38,885 bases of DNA from Sandaracinaceae bacterium (GTDB taxonomy: Bacteria > Myxococcota_A > Polyangia > Polyangiales > Sandaracinaceae). Each line of letters opens with the position of its first letter. Position 1 is the stretch's first letter. A program made the position numbers and the translations under genes. Below are positions 29,143-38,885 of this stretch, piece by piece. The stretch is taken from NCBI GenBank assembly GCA_044220955.1, contig JBGAQA010000062.1:1-38885 (forward strand), in the 5' to 3' direction. The notes beneath the pieces are model-generated. The model did no database searches, had not been told where the DNA came from, and was given only the letters and a program-made list of their open reading frames with translations.

Positions 29143-29904
29143 TCAGCGCAGCGCGAACGCGTGCGTCACGACCGCGGGCTCGCCCGTCGTCGGCGCTGGG
29201 AACGTCCACGCCGAGAGGTGCGTGATCAGGCACTCGCTGACGGCGGGAACGTGGATCTCGTCGTGCTCGACCGCGGCGCTCGACACGGCCCCGTCGAGGC
29301 CGATCGTGAAGCGCAGGCGGATCGTCCCCGATACGTCGGGGCGGTGCGCGAGCTCCGACGCGAAGCAGTGGCGGACCTCGGCGTCGTGGGCCTGCGCGAC
29401 CGCGGCGATCTGATCGTCGGGGTACGGCGCGACGGCCCGCTCGGCCCGCGGGTGGTCCGGGAGGCTGCTTCGGCGGCTGTGGAAGCCTCCCAGCGTCGCC
29501 GTCCCGTAGCCGCGGGGCTCGTGCCAGCCGACGCGCAGCTCGACCGTGCCGGCCTCGCCCGCGGCCAGCCGCACGCGAGCGAGCGCGCCGACCACGCACG
29601 TCTGGAACGCGACGGCGCTGGAGTCGCCGACCTGCGTGACCGTCATGCGCCCCGTGCTCGCGACGTCGAGCGACACGCGCACCTCGGCGCCCGAGGCCTC
29701 CCGACCCGCGCTCGCGCATCGGGCCAGCGCCGTGCGCATCCGCCGGAGCGCGGGCGTCACGTCGGCCTCCGTCCGACCGCCGCCGTGGCCCGAGATCTCG
29801 ATCGTGGCGTGGGCCGTGTCGCTGCCGTCCTGCGAGAGCGCCGGGAGCGCCACCAGCACGAGCGCGAGCGCGAGCGCGAACCGAAGAGTGCTTCGAGCCA
29901 CCAT
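29143..29904 (-). CDS. Secreted protein with AgmX/PglI (TonB_C-like) C-terminal domain
   Basis: Signal peptide; VRHCFASELAHRPDVSGTIRLRFTIGLDGAV...CLITHLSAWTFPAP; a second degenerate copy N-terminally. Confidence 0.75.
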   Translation of the reverse strand: MVARSTLRFALALALVLVALPALSQDGSDTAHATIEISGHGGGRTEADVTPALRRMRTALARCASAGREASGAEVRVSLDVASTGRMTVTQVGDSSAVAFQTCVVGALARVRLAAGEAGTVELRVGWHEPRGYGTATLGGFHSRRSSLPDHPRAERAVAPYPDDQIAAVAQAHDAEVRHCFASELAHRPDVSGTIRLRFTIGLDGAVSSAAVEHDEIHVPAVSECLITHLSAWTFPAPTTGEPAVVTHAFALR

Positions 29905-29995
29905 GAGTCCCCCCGAGCGTGCGAATCGTGTCTTCTGCGCGCCGCGCGCGCAAAGGGGCCTGCCGTGCCGGCGGGTTTCCGGCGACAATCGACGG

Positions 29996-31291
29996 ATGCG
30001 CCTGACGCTCGCTTCGTTCATCGCCCTGGCCGCGTGCAGCACGTCCCCTGCCGCGCCCGACGCGTTCGTCCCCGCCGACGACGCGGGCACGGACGCGTTC
30101 GCCCCCGCGCCGCGAGACGCGGGCCCGCCGCCGGACGCCTGGGTCGCGCCGCCGCCCGTCGAGCTCGGCCGCCACGCCGTGAGCGTGGTGGACACCCGCC
30201 GCATCGTGCCGAGCCCGGGGATCCCGAGCACGATCACCGTGCAGCACTCGAACAACAACCTGGACGTGATCCGCTTCGGGGGGCGTGTCTTCTTGATCTG
30301 GCGGACGGCGCCCAACCACTACGCCGGGACCGCGACGGAGATGCACATCGTGTCCAGCACCGACGAGGTGAGCTGGACCGACGAGTACGTCTACACGACC
30401 GGCACGGACATCCGCGAGCCGCGCTTCCTCGTCGTCGGCGGCCGCCTCTTTGCGTACATGTCGCTGCTCGGCACGGACCCGCTCGACTTCAACCCGCGCG
30501 GCGTCGTCGTCACCGAGCGGGCAGCCGACGGCACCTGGAGCACGCCCGAGAACGTCGCGGGGCTCGACGGCTACATCGAGTGGCGGACCCGCACGGTCGG
30601 CTCGACGCCGTACATGCTCGCGTACCTGGGCGGCGAGATGATCTACGACTTCACGAGCGCCCCGATGCTGCACCTCGACTTCCTCACGACGACCGACGGC
30701 CGCGCGTGGGTGCCGGTCGATCCCGCCCGGCGGACGGTCTACACGGGGGGCGGCAGCGAGAGCGACTTCGCGCTCGCCGACGACGGCTCGCTCTACGCCG
30801 TCATCCGGAACGAAGCCGGCGACGCGAGCGGCTTCGGCTCGCTCGTCTGCCGTGCGCCGGCAGGCGCCCTCGCCGACTGGACCTGCGCGCACGACCCGCG
30901 CAAGTACGACTCACCGCTCGTGTTCGCGTACGACCACGAGATCTACCTCATCGGCCGGCGAAACGTGACCGAGAGCGGCCGCTACGATCTCGGCCTCGAC
31001 GCGTCCTTCGGCACGCAGGCGGCGCGCTACGCGCTCGACTACTGGAACCACCCGAAGCGCTGCTCGCTGTGGAGGTTCGTGGAGGGGGAGCAGCGGATCG
31101 CGTTCGTGCTCGACCTGCCCTCGCACGGGGACACGTGCTTCGCCTCGGTGATCGACGGACCCAGCGCCGACCAGCTGGTCGTCTACAACTACTCGAGCGA
31201 CGTGGACGGCCCCGACGTGAACTGGAACGTCGGGCAGCAGGGCGACACCTTCGTGTACCGCCACGTGCTCCAGTTCACGCCGAACCCCTGA
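29996..31291 (+). CDS. Lipoprotein, probable beta-propeller (sialidase/BNR-like)
   Basis: Lipobox LAA-C; SSTDEVSW and TTTDGRAW Asp-box-like motifs; DIREP. Confidence 0.75.
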   Translation: MRLTLASFIALAACSTSPAAPDAFVPADDAGTDAFAPAPRDAGPPPDAWVAPPPVELGRHAVSVVDTRRIVPSPGIPSTITVQHSNNNLDVIRFGGRVFLIWRTAPNHYAGTATEMHIVSSTDEVSWTDEYVYTTGTDIREPRFLVVGGRLFAYMSLLGTDPLDFNPRGVVVTERAADGTWSTPENVAGLDGYIEWRTRTVGSTPYMLAYLGGEMIYDFTSAPMLHLDFLTTTDGRAWVPVDPARRTVYTGGGSESDFALADDGSLYAVIRNEAGDASGFGSLVCRAPAGALADWTCAHDPRKYDSPLVFAYDHEIYLIGRRNVTESGRYDLGLDASFGTQAARYALDYWNHPKRCSLWRFVEGEQRIAFVLDLPSHGDTCFASVIDGPSADQLVVYNYSSDVDGPDVNWNVGQQGDTFVYRHVLQFTPNP

Positions 31292-31306
31292 AGCCCGGAG
31301 CGGTCC

Positions 31307-32602
31307 TCAGTGAGCGGCCCGCCCGCGCCGGGGCGGCGTGGCAGGCGCCGCAGGCGCGGGCGGCGGCGCGGCGGGCGTGCTCGCGATCTGCACCTGGGCC
31401 TGCGTCGCGCCGGGGACGAAGCGTCCGACCCAGACGCCGTAGGCGCCCGTCGCAGGCGTCGTGAAGTGCAGCGTCGGGTCGTACGAGCCGTTCGGCGCGT
31501 CGTCGGCGCAGTGCCAGCCGCCCGCGGGGTCGCGCACCGCGAGCGTCGTGTCGGTCAGCGCCTCGACCGTGAGGTCGAGCGTCGCGAGGGCCGCCGTCAC
31601 GTCCACCACCAGATCGGCCTCGCGCGTGACCGCCCCCGTGCAGGACGGGCGCAGGCCGAGCGTCGAGAGGTCGATGTCGCCGCCCGAGCTCACCTCGACC
31701 GTGCTGGGCGGCGACTCGGCCGTGACCGCCGTGTGCTCGGCCCCCGTACCGTCGACGGCCAGCCGGTCGGCGGCCGTCCCGACCATGGCCGCCGCGTCCG
31801 CCTCGGCCATCAGGGCGTCGCACGCGAACGGGTCGTGGCCGTCGCACGCGTGCTGCCACGCCGTGTGGGCCGCGTCGGGGTTCGTCGAGACGACGAGGCG
31901 TCCCATCTCCCAGCATGCCTCCGGGATGTTGGCCTCCATGCACGCGAACTCCAGCAGCTCCGCGCCGCGCTGCGGGTTCGCGGGCGCATCGCCCTCGGAG
32001 AGCGCCGCGCCCTCGTACGCGCACGCGATCGGGAGATCGTGCTGGCACGCCGTGTCGTAGAACGCGATGCCGTCGGAGGCGCTGGCCTCGCTGACGCCGC
32101 TCATCGCGAGCCGTCCGAGCAGCGCGCAGGCCTCGGCGTTCTCGTTGTCGCACGCGACGCCGAGGCGCTCGATCGCGACGTCGGTCTCGTTCGGGCGCAC
32201 GAACCAGCGCATCTCGCCCGAGTGGACGCAGCCGAACATCTCGCCGCCCTCGCAGGCCAGGTCGGCGAGCGTGATCGCGCGATCATGATCGGTCGGAGCG
32301 AGCTGCCCCTCCCAGTACACCTCGGCGAGCTCCGAGCAGGCGCAGGGGTTGCCGCCCGTGCAGGCCGCGTCGAGCAGCGCCACGCCCGACGCATCGCCCG
32401 CCTCGACGGCGCGCGCGCCCTGCTGGTAGCGGTCGCCCTCGGGGGAATTCGGGACCGAGCACTGGATGGTGGGCGGAGCCTCGCCTCCCGTCGTTCCGTC
32501 CCCCGTGGTCGTGGTCGTGGTCGTCGTCGTCGTCCCGCCGCCGCCGCACGCGCCGAGCAGCGCGACGAACCCGATCATCCCCAGGCGCTTCGAAGTCGTC
32601 AT
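31307..32602 (-). CDS. Lipoprotein with Cys-paired Sel1-like repeats and a C-terminal beta-sandwich (PPC-like) domain
   Basis: GGAGAG SD; lipobox LGA-C; poly-Thr linker; repeated AC-x6-AC-x2-LG units; DTTLAVRDPAGGWHCADD...GAYGVWVG. Confidence 0.82.
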   Translation of the reverse strand: MTTSKRLGMIGFVALLGACGGGGTTTTTTTTTTGDGTTGGEAPPTIQCSVPNSPEGDRYQQGARAVEAGDASGVALLDAACTGGNPCACSELAEVYWEGQLAPTDHDRAITLADLACEGGEMFGCVHSGEMRWFVRPNETDVAIERLGVACDNENAEACALLGRLAMSGVSEASASDGIAFYDTACQHDLPIACAYEGAALSEGDAPANPQRGAELLEFACMEANIPEACWEMGRLVVSTNPDAAHTAWQHACDGHDPFACDALMAEADAAAMVGTAADRLAVDGTGAEHTAVTAESPPSTVEVSSGGDIDLSTLGLRPSCTGAVTREADLVVDVTAALATLDLTVEALTDTTLAVRDPAGGWHCADDAPNGSYDPTLHFTTPATGAYGVWVGRFVPGATQAQVQIASTPAAPPPAPAAPATPPRRGRAAH

Positions 32603-32701
32603 GTCCGGTCTCTCCCCGTTGGCCGGGCGCGAGAGTAGATCAACAGGAGGGCCCGGCGCCGACACAATCGTGTCCCGTGCGCGCGGCGGACGCCCCGGGC
32701 C

Positions 32702-33097
32702 TCAGAAGACCACGATCCGGGCGAAGTACGATCCGTTGGTGTCGTTCCAGACCGTCACGTGATCGTCGGTCACCTCGACGAGGCGTGCGAGGTCACCGGC
32801 GGCCTGCGAAGGGTTCTGCCCGGACTCCACGAAAGAGATGTACGTCAGCACGCCCGTGGGCGTGCGGCCCAGACCGTGCTGGACCTGGAGCTGGACGTGA
32901 GGGCCGTACGGCAGCCAGCGCACGTCGGTGCCGGTCCACGGGGCGCTCTCCCACGCGTCCGGCGAGGGATCGAGCATGGCGCTCGGCAGACCCCCGTCGA
33001 GCGAGTACGGCACCAGCGCGCCCTGGCCGGGCTTGCCGCACGAGGTGGCGAGCGCCGCGGAGGCGACGAGCGCGAGGATGGCGAGGGAGCGGCTCAT
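32702..33097 (-). CDS. Hypothetical lipoprotein (131 aa)
   Basis: ATGA overlap with the cobA stop; lipobox LATS-C; HGLGRTP motif. Confidence 0.75.
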   Translation of the reverse strand: MSRSLAILALVASAALATSCGKPGQGALVPYSLDGGLPSAMLDPSPDAWESAPWTGTDVRWLPYGPHVQLQVQHGLGRTPTGVLTYISFVESGQNPSQAAGDLARLVEVTDDHVTVWNDTNGSYFARIVVF

Positions 33098-34632
33098 ACC
33101 CGAGAGCGCGGGTTCTCGCGCGCGTGCGCCTCCAGCGCAAGCACGAGCCCCTCGGCGGTGTAGGGATCCGCCGTGACGTCGACGCGGACCCCCGCCTTCG
33201 CGGCGGCCTCGGTCGTGACGGGGCCGATGGAGGCCACGCGCAGCGCCGCGAGCGCGTCCACGCCGCCCGGGCCGAGCGCGGCGAGCACCTCGCGCACCGT
33301 CGAGGGTGCCGTGAACGTGACGTAGTCGAGCGCCCTGTCGCGCACGAGCGCCTCGAGCCGCGCGCGCTTGGCGTCGTCGGGTGCGACGTTGCGGTAGGCG
33401 GTGACCACGTCGAGGTGCGCGCCCGCCGCCCGGAGCGTGTCGGGCAGGACGTCGCGCGCGACCTCGGCGCGCGGCAGCAAGAACCTCCGCCCGCGCACGC
33501 CGCCGGCGGCGATCAGCGCCTCGGCGGCGGCCTCCCCGCGGAACTCGCGCGGCACGAGGTCGGCTCGGATCCCCCGCGCGCTCAGGGCCCCGGCCGTCGC
33601 CGGACCGATCGCGAGCACCTTCGCCCTGCCGAACGCGCGCGCGTCGAGCCCGACCGCATCGAGCGCCGCGAAGAGCGCGCGGACGCCGTTCGCGCTGGTG
33701 AACAGCACCCAGTCGTAGGAGCTCAGCGCACGCGCCGCGCTTTCCAGCGGCGCGGGGTCGACCGGCGCCGCGATGGCGATCGCCGGGACGCACACGGGGT
33801 CCGCGCCTCGATCCCGAAGCATGGTGACCAGCGACGCCTCGCTTCCCTCGGGGCGCGTCACGAGCACTCGCGCGCCGAAGAGCGGCTTGGTGTCGAACCA
33901 GCGCAGCTCCTCGCGGAGCCTCACGACGTCGCCGACGATGGTCAACGCCGGCGTACCCGGGCTCGCCGCCTCGGCCAGCGACGCGAGCGTGCCCACGGTG
34001 CCCTCGATCACGCGCTGGGAGGGCAGCGAGCCGCGCACGACGAGCGCGGCCGGCGTGTCCGCCGCGCGCCCGTGCTCGACCAGCAGATCCATGAGCGATG
34101 CGAGCTTGCGCGACCCCATGAAGACGACGAGCGTGTCGGTCGCGGTGGCGAGCTTGGACCAGTCGTGTCCCGCGCGGATCTTGTCGGGCGACTCGGCGCC
34201 CGTGACGTACGCCACGCTGCCGCCGTGCTCGCGGTGGGTGAGCGATATGCCCGCGTAGGCGGCCGCCGCCGACGGCGAGCCCACACCTGGCACGACCTCG
34301 AACGCGATCCCGGCGCGCGCGAGCGCCTCCGCTTCCTCCGAGCCGCGGCCGAAGAGGTAGGGATCACCGCCCTTGAGGCGCACGACCGTCTTGCCCTCGC
34401 GGGCCGCCTCGATCATCCGCGCGTTGATCGCGTCCTGGCGCTCGCTCACGCGGCCGGCCCGCTTGCCGACGAACACTCGCTCGGCGCCCGCCGGGGCGAG
34501 CTCGAGCAGCTCGGGGTGCGCGAGCGCGTCGTAGAGCACGACGTCGGCCTCACCGAGGCGCCTGGCGCCGCGACGGGTGATGAGCTCGGGATCGCCCGGC
34601 CCCGCCCCCACGAGATACACGCGGCCGCTCAC
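33094..34632 (-). CDS. cobA: Uroporphyrinogen-III C-methyltransferase / uroporphyrinogen-III synthase fusion (CobA-HemD)
   Basis: VYLVGAGPGDPELIT, RLKGGDPYLFGRG, VLVTRP, FTSANGV, IGPAT, SIGPVT. Confidence 0.95.
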   Translation of the reverse strand: MSGRVYLVGAGPGDPELITRRGARRLGEADVVLYDALAHPELLELAPAGAERVFVGKRAGRVSERQDAINARMIEAAREGKTVVRLKGGDPYLFGRGSEEAEALARAGIAFEVVPGVGSPSAAAAYAGISLTHREHGGSVAYVTGAESPDKIRAGHDWSKLATATDTLVVFMGSRKLASLMDLLVEHGRAADTPAALVVRGSLPSQRVIEGTVGTLASLAEAASPGTPALTIVGDVVRLREELRWFDTKPLFGARVLVTRPEGSEASLVTMLRDRGADPVCVPAIAIAAPVDPAPLESAARALSSYDWVLFTSANGVRALFAALDAVGLDARAFGRAKVLAIGPATAGALSARGIRADLVPREFRGEAAAEALIAAGGVRGRRFLLPRAEVARDVLPDTLRAAGAHLDVVTAYRNVAPDDAKRARLEALVRDRALDYVTFTAPSTVREVLAALGPGGVDALAALRVASIGPVTTEAAAKAGVRVDVTADPYTAEGLVLALEAHARENPRSRV

Positions 34633-34693
34633 GCCCCGACTCTACCCAAGGACGGGCACACCCGCTCGGTCCGTGGTACGCGCTGCGATCGCC

Positions 34694-35740
34694 ATGACGT
34701 CCCGCCCCCTCGTACCTCTCTTCTCCGTGGTGCTGATGGCTGCCTGCGGTGGCGTCGACGCGGCCGTCCCCGAGGGCACGTCGGCGACCGACACGCCGCC
34801 GGCCAGCGGCGCGGGGTCGGCGCCCACCCCCGAGAGCCACCCGACGGGCACCACGGGAGTGACCGAGGACGGGGAGACGGTCATCTTCGCGGGCGCGCAC
34901 CCCGTGCCGACGACCGCTCCGGGCGAGCGTCCCATCGACCGCGAGCACCTCGTCCTGACACCGAACGCGCCCGATCCGGACGCGACCTGGTCGCTCGACG
35001 ACGCGCTCGAGGGCCTGCCGATCGACGGCGATCTCATCGCGGAGATCCAGACGGACCTCGGCGTGATGATGTGCGAGCTGTACCCGGACCGGGCGCCCCA
35101 CGCGGTCGCCGCGTTCGTGGGCCTGGCCCGCGGGCGCCGCTCGTGGTGGGACGCCCGCGCCGGCCGCTGGATCCGGCGGGCGTACTACCGCGGCACGACG
35201 TTTCACCGCGTCATCCCCGAGTACATCGTGCAGGGCGGCGACTACCTCGGCGACGGGACGGGGCGCGTCGGCTTCACCGTGCCCATCGAGCAGAGCGAGA
35301 CGCTCTCCCACGACCGCGCCGGGCGCCTCGCGATGGCGACGTTCGATGGAGACGTCAACAGCGGCGCGGGCCAGTTCTACGTCACGGACGGCCCGCACCA
35401 GGAGCTCGACGGGACGGCGACCATCTTCGGCCAGTGCAGCCCGGACTACGTCGTGTCGCAGATCGCGCGCGTGGTGCAGACGGGCGCGCCGGAGAACCGG
35501 CCGCTCACGCCGGTGCGCATCGGGTTCGTGTACATCCGCCGCGTGGTGGGCGGCGTCGCGGCGGCGCACGTCACGGTGCCGGGCCAGGCCGAGGGCGAGC
35601 CCGAGGTCGGCCGTGGCGCGAGCCCAGGCCCGAACGACCTCGAGCGGGGACGGGCCATCCTGCGCGGCGACGATCCTGCGCGCGAGGAGCGCGAGCGGCT
35701 CGGGCTGCCCCCCACGCCACCTCCGGCACCGACGCACTGA
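34694..35740 (+). CDS. Cyclophilin-type peptidyl-prolyl isomerase, lipoprotein
   Basis: Lipobox MAA-C; YYRGTTFHRVIPEYIVQGGD, LAMA, QFYVT, LDG..TIFG. Confidence 0.9.
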   Translation: MTSRPLVPLFSVVLMAACGGVDAAVPEGTSATDTPPASGAGSAPTPESHPTGTTGVTEDGETVIFAGAHPVPTTAPGERPIDREHLVLTPNAPDPDATWSLDDALEGLPIDGDLIAEIQTDLGVMMCELYPDRAPHAVAAFVGLARGRRSWWDARAGRWIRRAYYRGTTFHRVIPEYIVQGGDYLGDGTGRVGFTVPIEQSETLSHDRAGRLAMATFDGDVNSGAGQFYVTDGPHQELDGTATIFGQCSPDYVVSQIARVVQTGAPENRPLTPVRIGFVYIRRVVGGVAAAHVTVPGQAEGEPEVGRGASPGPNDLERGRAILRGDDPAREERERLGLPPTPPPAPTH

Positions 35741-35761
35741 CGTCGCGGCTGCGGCGCGACG
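35741..35761. terminator. Hairpin between convergent genes
   Basis: CGTCGCG-N7-CGCGACG fills the gap between two stop codons. Confidence 0.35.
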
Positions 35762-35762
35762 A

Positions 35763-37415
35763 TCACGGCGTGATGTGCACCCACGTCCCGGGCGCGCGCG
35801 TCGAGGCGATGATCCCGTGCCAGCCCGGCGGCAGCCCGGGCGTGGTCCACTCGAAGAGCCAGCGCGCATCGGCCGGAGCGAGGTTCACGCAGCCGTGGCT
35901 GCGCACGCGACCGAAGCCGTCGTGCCAGAAGGCGGCGTGCAGCGCGTAGCTGCCCTCGAAGTACATCGTCCACGGGACGTCCTCGATCGAGTACGCCTCG
36001 GTCGGCGAGTCCGGGTCGTCCATCGTCGTCGAGACGTGCTTGCTCTGGATGCGGTACGTGCCCGTCGGCGTCGCGAATCCTTCCCGCCCGGTCGAGACCA
36101 GCGTGGCGAAGACGGCCCGATCGCCCTCGTACGCGACGAGCGTCTGCTCCGAGAGGTCCACGTGGATCCAGCGGTCGCTCTCCGGGATGGGCGAAGGGCG
36201 CGCGATCGGGTCGACGATGCGCATCGCCGTCTCGCGGACGATCGTCCCATCTCGAGCGATGCGGTAGACGCCGCCACCGCGGCGCTCGATGCGCTCGTCC
36301 GTGAGCAGCAGCGGGCGGTGGTACTCGGCCTCGCCCCGCTCGCGGAGCGCGCCGGTGCTGGGCTCGCGGCGCAGGGCGGACGCTCCGCGGCGGAAGACGA
36401 AGCCGACGGGCGGCTCCCAGTGCCCCTCGAGCACGACGCCCCGCATCGACGGCGGCTCGGCCGGGGTCATCGCGTCGGCGGGCACGAACGCCCCGCGGAT
36501 CGTGCGCAGGAAGCGCCGACCCTCGTCCTGCACCTCGGCGTCGAGGCTGACGTAGAAGCCCTGCTGCAGGCGCTGGCGGAAGAAGTCCGGCAGGGCCACG
36601 GGAGCATCCGCCAGCACGGGCACGCTCGCCGCATCCCCGGCCACCTCGACGGCGCCCGGCGGCGCCTCGAGATCGGGCGCTGCCTCGGCACTCTCGGCGC
36701 TCTCTCGGGCCTCCGCACCGGACTCGGCCTCCGGTCGCGCGGCGCGGGCCGCCGCCTGTGCGGCGCGATCGCGCAGGGTCTCGATCAGGGTGGCCGCCGT
36801 CTGCTCCTCGTCGCGGGACGGCATGCGCCAGTACTCGGGTGCGTCCGCGCGTCCGACGCGCGCGTAGGCGTAGGGCAACGCGTCGGCGAGCGACGGTGGC
36901 ACGGGCGACGGCTCGAAGGTCTGCGGTGTCGTGCCGAGCTGGAAGCCTTCGCCGCGGCACACGAACCCGCCCGCGCCGGCGGCGTTGCCCTCCACCTCGT
37001 GCCACCCGCGCGCGCAGCCGGGGCCTCGCAGGCCCTCCCGCGCACGGAAGTGCGAGCCCCGGCGCATGTAGCCGACGACGCGGCTCGAGGCGTCCGGGCG
37101 AGCGTGGATCTGCGCGAGGTAGTGATAACAGACCCCGTGCATCGGCCAGCTCGACTCGTACGCGGCCCGCTCTGCCTCGGCGCGCGCGCGGGCCTCGGCC
37201 TCGGAATCGACGACCGGCACCGGCGGAGCAGCCACCGGCTCGGCACGCGCTCGCTCGGCACGCGGACGCGTGGCCGGTGCGGGCACCGGTGCGGGCACCG
37301 AGGGCAGAGCAGCGTCGTCGGTGCCCGCCTCGGGCGAGGCCGTCGGTCCGTCGCAGCTCACGAGCGCGAGCGCCACCAGGAGGGCGCGTCCGAGCGACCG
37401 AGAGCGCGAGAGCAT
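35763..37415 (-). CDS. L,D-transpeptidase (YkuD family) lipoprotein
   Basis: WIHVDLSEQTLVAYEG, VSTG, TPTG, ALHAAFWH...SHGCVNL catalytic His/Cys; lipobox LVS-C. Confidence 0.92.
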   Translation of the reverse strand: MLSRSRSLGRALLVALALVSCDGPTASPEAGTDDAALPSVPAPVPAPATRPRAERARAEPVAAPPVPVVDSEAEARARAEAERAAYESSWPMHGVCYHYLAQIHARPDASSRVVGYMRRGSHFRAREGLRGPGCARGWHEVEGNAAGAGGFVCRGEGFQLGTTPQTFEPSPVPPSLADALPYAYARVGRADAPEYWRMPSRDEEQTAATLIETLRDRAAQAAARAARPEAESGAEARESAESAEAAPDLEAPPGAVEVAGDAASVPVLADAPVALPDFFRQRLQQGFYVSLDAEVQDEGRRFLRTIRGAFVPADAMTPAEPPSMRGVVLEGHWEPPVGFVFRRGASALRREPSTGALRERGEAEYHRPLLLTDERIERRGGGVYRIARDGTIVRETAMRIVDPIARPSPIPESDRWIHVDLSEQTLVAYEGDRAVFATLVSTGREGFATPTGTYRIQSKHVSTTMDDPDSPTEAYSIEDVPWTMYFEGSYALHAAFWHDGFGRVRSHGCVNLAPADARWLFEWTTPGLPPGWHGIIASTRAPGTWVHITP

Positions 37416-37476
37416 GCTCCTCGCGCATAAGTCGGAATGCGATCCCGCGTCCAGAAAGTGGTGGCAGGATGTGCGC

Positions 37477-37959
37477 GTGACCGAGGAAGACCCGCTCGAG
37501 AAGCTCGACTACTACGAGCTGCTGCGCATCGACGAGGGCGCGAGCGCCGACGACGTGCGGCGTGCGTTCCACGACTTCGCGATGCGGTACCACCCGGACC
37601 GCTACGCGGGCGCGCCCGTCGAGAAGCAGGAGCGGGCCGCGGCGATCTATCGGCGCGGCGCGGAGGGCTACCGCGTGCTCACCGACCGCGAGCAGCGTCG
37701 TCGCTACGACGAGGGGCTGGCGAAGGGCACCCTGCGCTACGAGGAGCCCAAGTCCGGCGCGACGGCGCGGCCCTCGTCGGGAGTGCTCGACGTGAAGAAC
37801 CTGCGCGCGCGACCCTTCTTCCAGAAGGCGCTCGAGCAGATGAAGGCGGGCGACCTCAAGGGGGCCAAGCTCAACCTGGCGCTCGCGCTGAACCACGAGC
37901 CCGACAACGCCCTGCTGCTCGCCAAGCTCGAGGAGGTGAAGGCCAAGCTCGCGAAGTGA
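37477..37959 (+). CDS. J-domain (DnaJ-like) protein with C-terminal TPR-like helices
   Basis: DYYELL, YHPDR, VLTD...RRRYD. Start GTG 37477 or 37471. Confidence 0.85.
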   Translation: MTEEDPLEKLDYYELLRIDEGASADDVRRAFHDFAMRYHPDRYAGAPVEKQERAAAIYRRGAEGYRVLTDREQRRRYDEGLAKGTLRYEEPKSGATARPSSGVLDVKNLRARPFFQKALEQMKAGDLKGAKLNLALALNHEPDNALLLAKLEEVKAKLAK

Positions 37960-37965
37960 GGCGAC

Positions 37966-38545
37966 TCAGCCCCGGCAGCAGACGACGCCGCCGTGCTCGG
38001 CGCCCGGCTTCACGAGCAGCTCTGCTTCGTGGGTCCCCGAGCCGTCGTCGCGGCACGACCAGGGGGGCGGCAGATCCGCGCAGAGGTTGTTACCGAAGCG
38101 ATCGAGCGCGCCGCACGTGCCCGGGTCGGGCACGGCGCCGATCGTGCCGCACCCGAACACGTCGTTCGTCGTCGAGGCGGTCTGCGCGCAGTCCGGGCGG
38201 CAGTCGATGGCCGTGCAGTCGGTCGCCGTCCCCGTCGCGCAGACGCCACAGCCCGAGCTGCTCATGCGCGTGGCGAAGAACGCCGAGGGCGCGTCGTTCG
38301 CGCCGGCACAGCCGTCCGGCGAGCTCGCCGCGACGTCGGCCGGACCGGCGCAGACGTGCCATCCGGCGGCGCAGAAGTCCGCGACGCCGCAGGTGCCGCC
38401 CGTCGGGAAGGGGCCGTCGTCTCCGCCCTGCCCCTCGCACGTCGTCGGGGCCGGGTGGACGATGCCCGGTCGCGTCCAGCCACCGGAGCAGCCCGCGATG
38501 CGCGGATAGCGCGTCGGATCGCGGAAGCCCTCGCGCTCGCCGTCA
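37966..38545 (-). CDS. Cys-rich secreted-type protein, 3' part only (5' end lost at a probable chimeric junction)
   Basis: ADGEREGF..YPRIAGCSGGW..PG, CAAGWHVC, NDVFGCG, GGVVCC. Upstream of ~38545 this frame loses its character. Confidence 0.7.
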
Positions 38546-38760
38546 GCGGCACGTTCGAGCGGCTCGCCATCGTCGCCAACGCCGCCGCGCTGCTGCTCTA
38601 CCTCGGCTGCGCGGTCGCGGCGTGGCGCCTGCGCGCGAAGGCGGCCGAGGGCGAAAGCGCCACGCTGCCGCTCGGCACCATCGCGCCCTACCTCGCGGTG
38701 CCGGTCATCGTGTGGCTGCTCACCGGCCTCACGCGACACGAGTGGCTGGCCATGGCGGCG
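38527..38760 (+). other. Fragment resembling the C-terminal helices of an APC-family amino-acid permease
   Basis: ALALAVSGTFERLAIVANAAALLLYLGCAVAAWRLR...YLAVPVIVWLLTGLTRHEW; no start codon context. Confidence 0.55.
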
Positions 38761-38885
38761 GGGCTCGGCGCCGAGGGTGTCCGCCCCGCGCCGGTCGAGG
38801 ACCTGCACGAGGTTCCCGGCTTTGGCGTCGAGGGGCGCTGGCAGGGCCGGCTCGTGCGGATTGGCCGCTCCGGATGGCTGGGGGT
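38745..38885 (+). other. Fragment resembling the N-domain of a heavy-metal P1B-type ATPase
   Basis: LAMAAGL...VEDLHEVPGFGVEGRWQGRLVRIG (ExPGxGVxG...vriG pattern). Confidence 0.6.

Noticed and set aside
32504..32533. GTC/GTG trinucleotide run
   Set aside because: Encodes the poly-Thr linker with mixed codons; not a phase-variable tract.
36155..36168. parS-like GGTCCACGTGGATC (12/14 to GTTCCACGTGGAAC)
   Set aside because: Encodes the conserved WIHVDL of the L,D-transpeptidase, has mismatches in both arms and is a single copy.

Overview
Very GC-rich chromosomal window, probably from a myxobacterium (Polyangia/Sandaracinus-like). This is inferred from the gene content: Ser/Thr kinases, a PEGA protein, an AgmX/PglI-type domain and many Cys-rich lipoproteins. 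Housekeeping genes are parA-parB, a type-2 ileS, scoA/scoB, a cobA-hemD fusion, a cyclophilin, an L,D-transpeptidase and a J-domain protein. The most unusual parts are: (i) a cassette divergent from parAB made of an unannotated 58-aa acidic ORF, a three-hairpin RNA-like element, a second ParA carrying two N-terminal TRASH/FCS-like Cys motifs, and a ribbon-helix-helix partner; (ii) two diverged copies of a structured palindromic element (145 and 163 bp, GGGGTCACTCCA ends, 60-bp arms, compensatory base changes) that fill convergent intergenic gaps; (iii) an unannotated 45-aa His7/transmembrane peptide; (iv) an IleRS with an HPGS signature; (v) a multiheme lipoprotein cytochrome (7 CxxCH plus 2 non-canonical motifs) in an operon with Cys-rich lipoproteins. 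Many genes look leaderless. The last ~350 bp look like an assembly chimera. No rRNA, tRNA, CRISPR array or transposase gene was seen.
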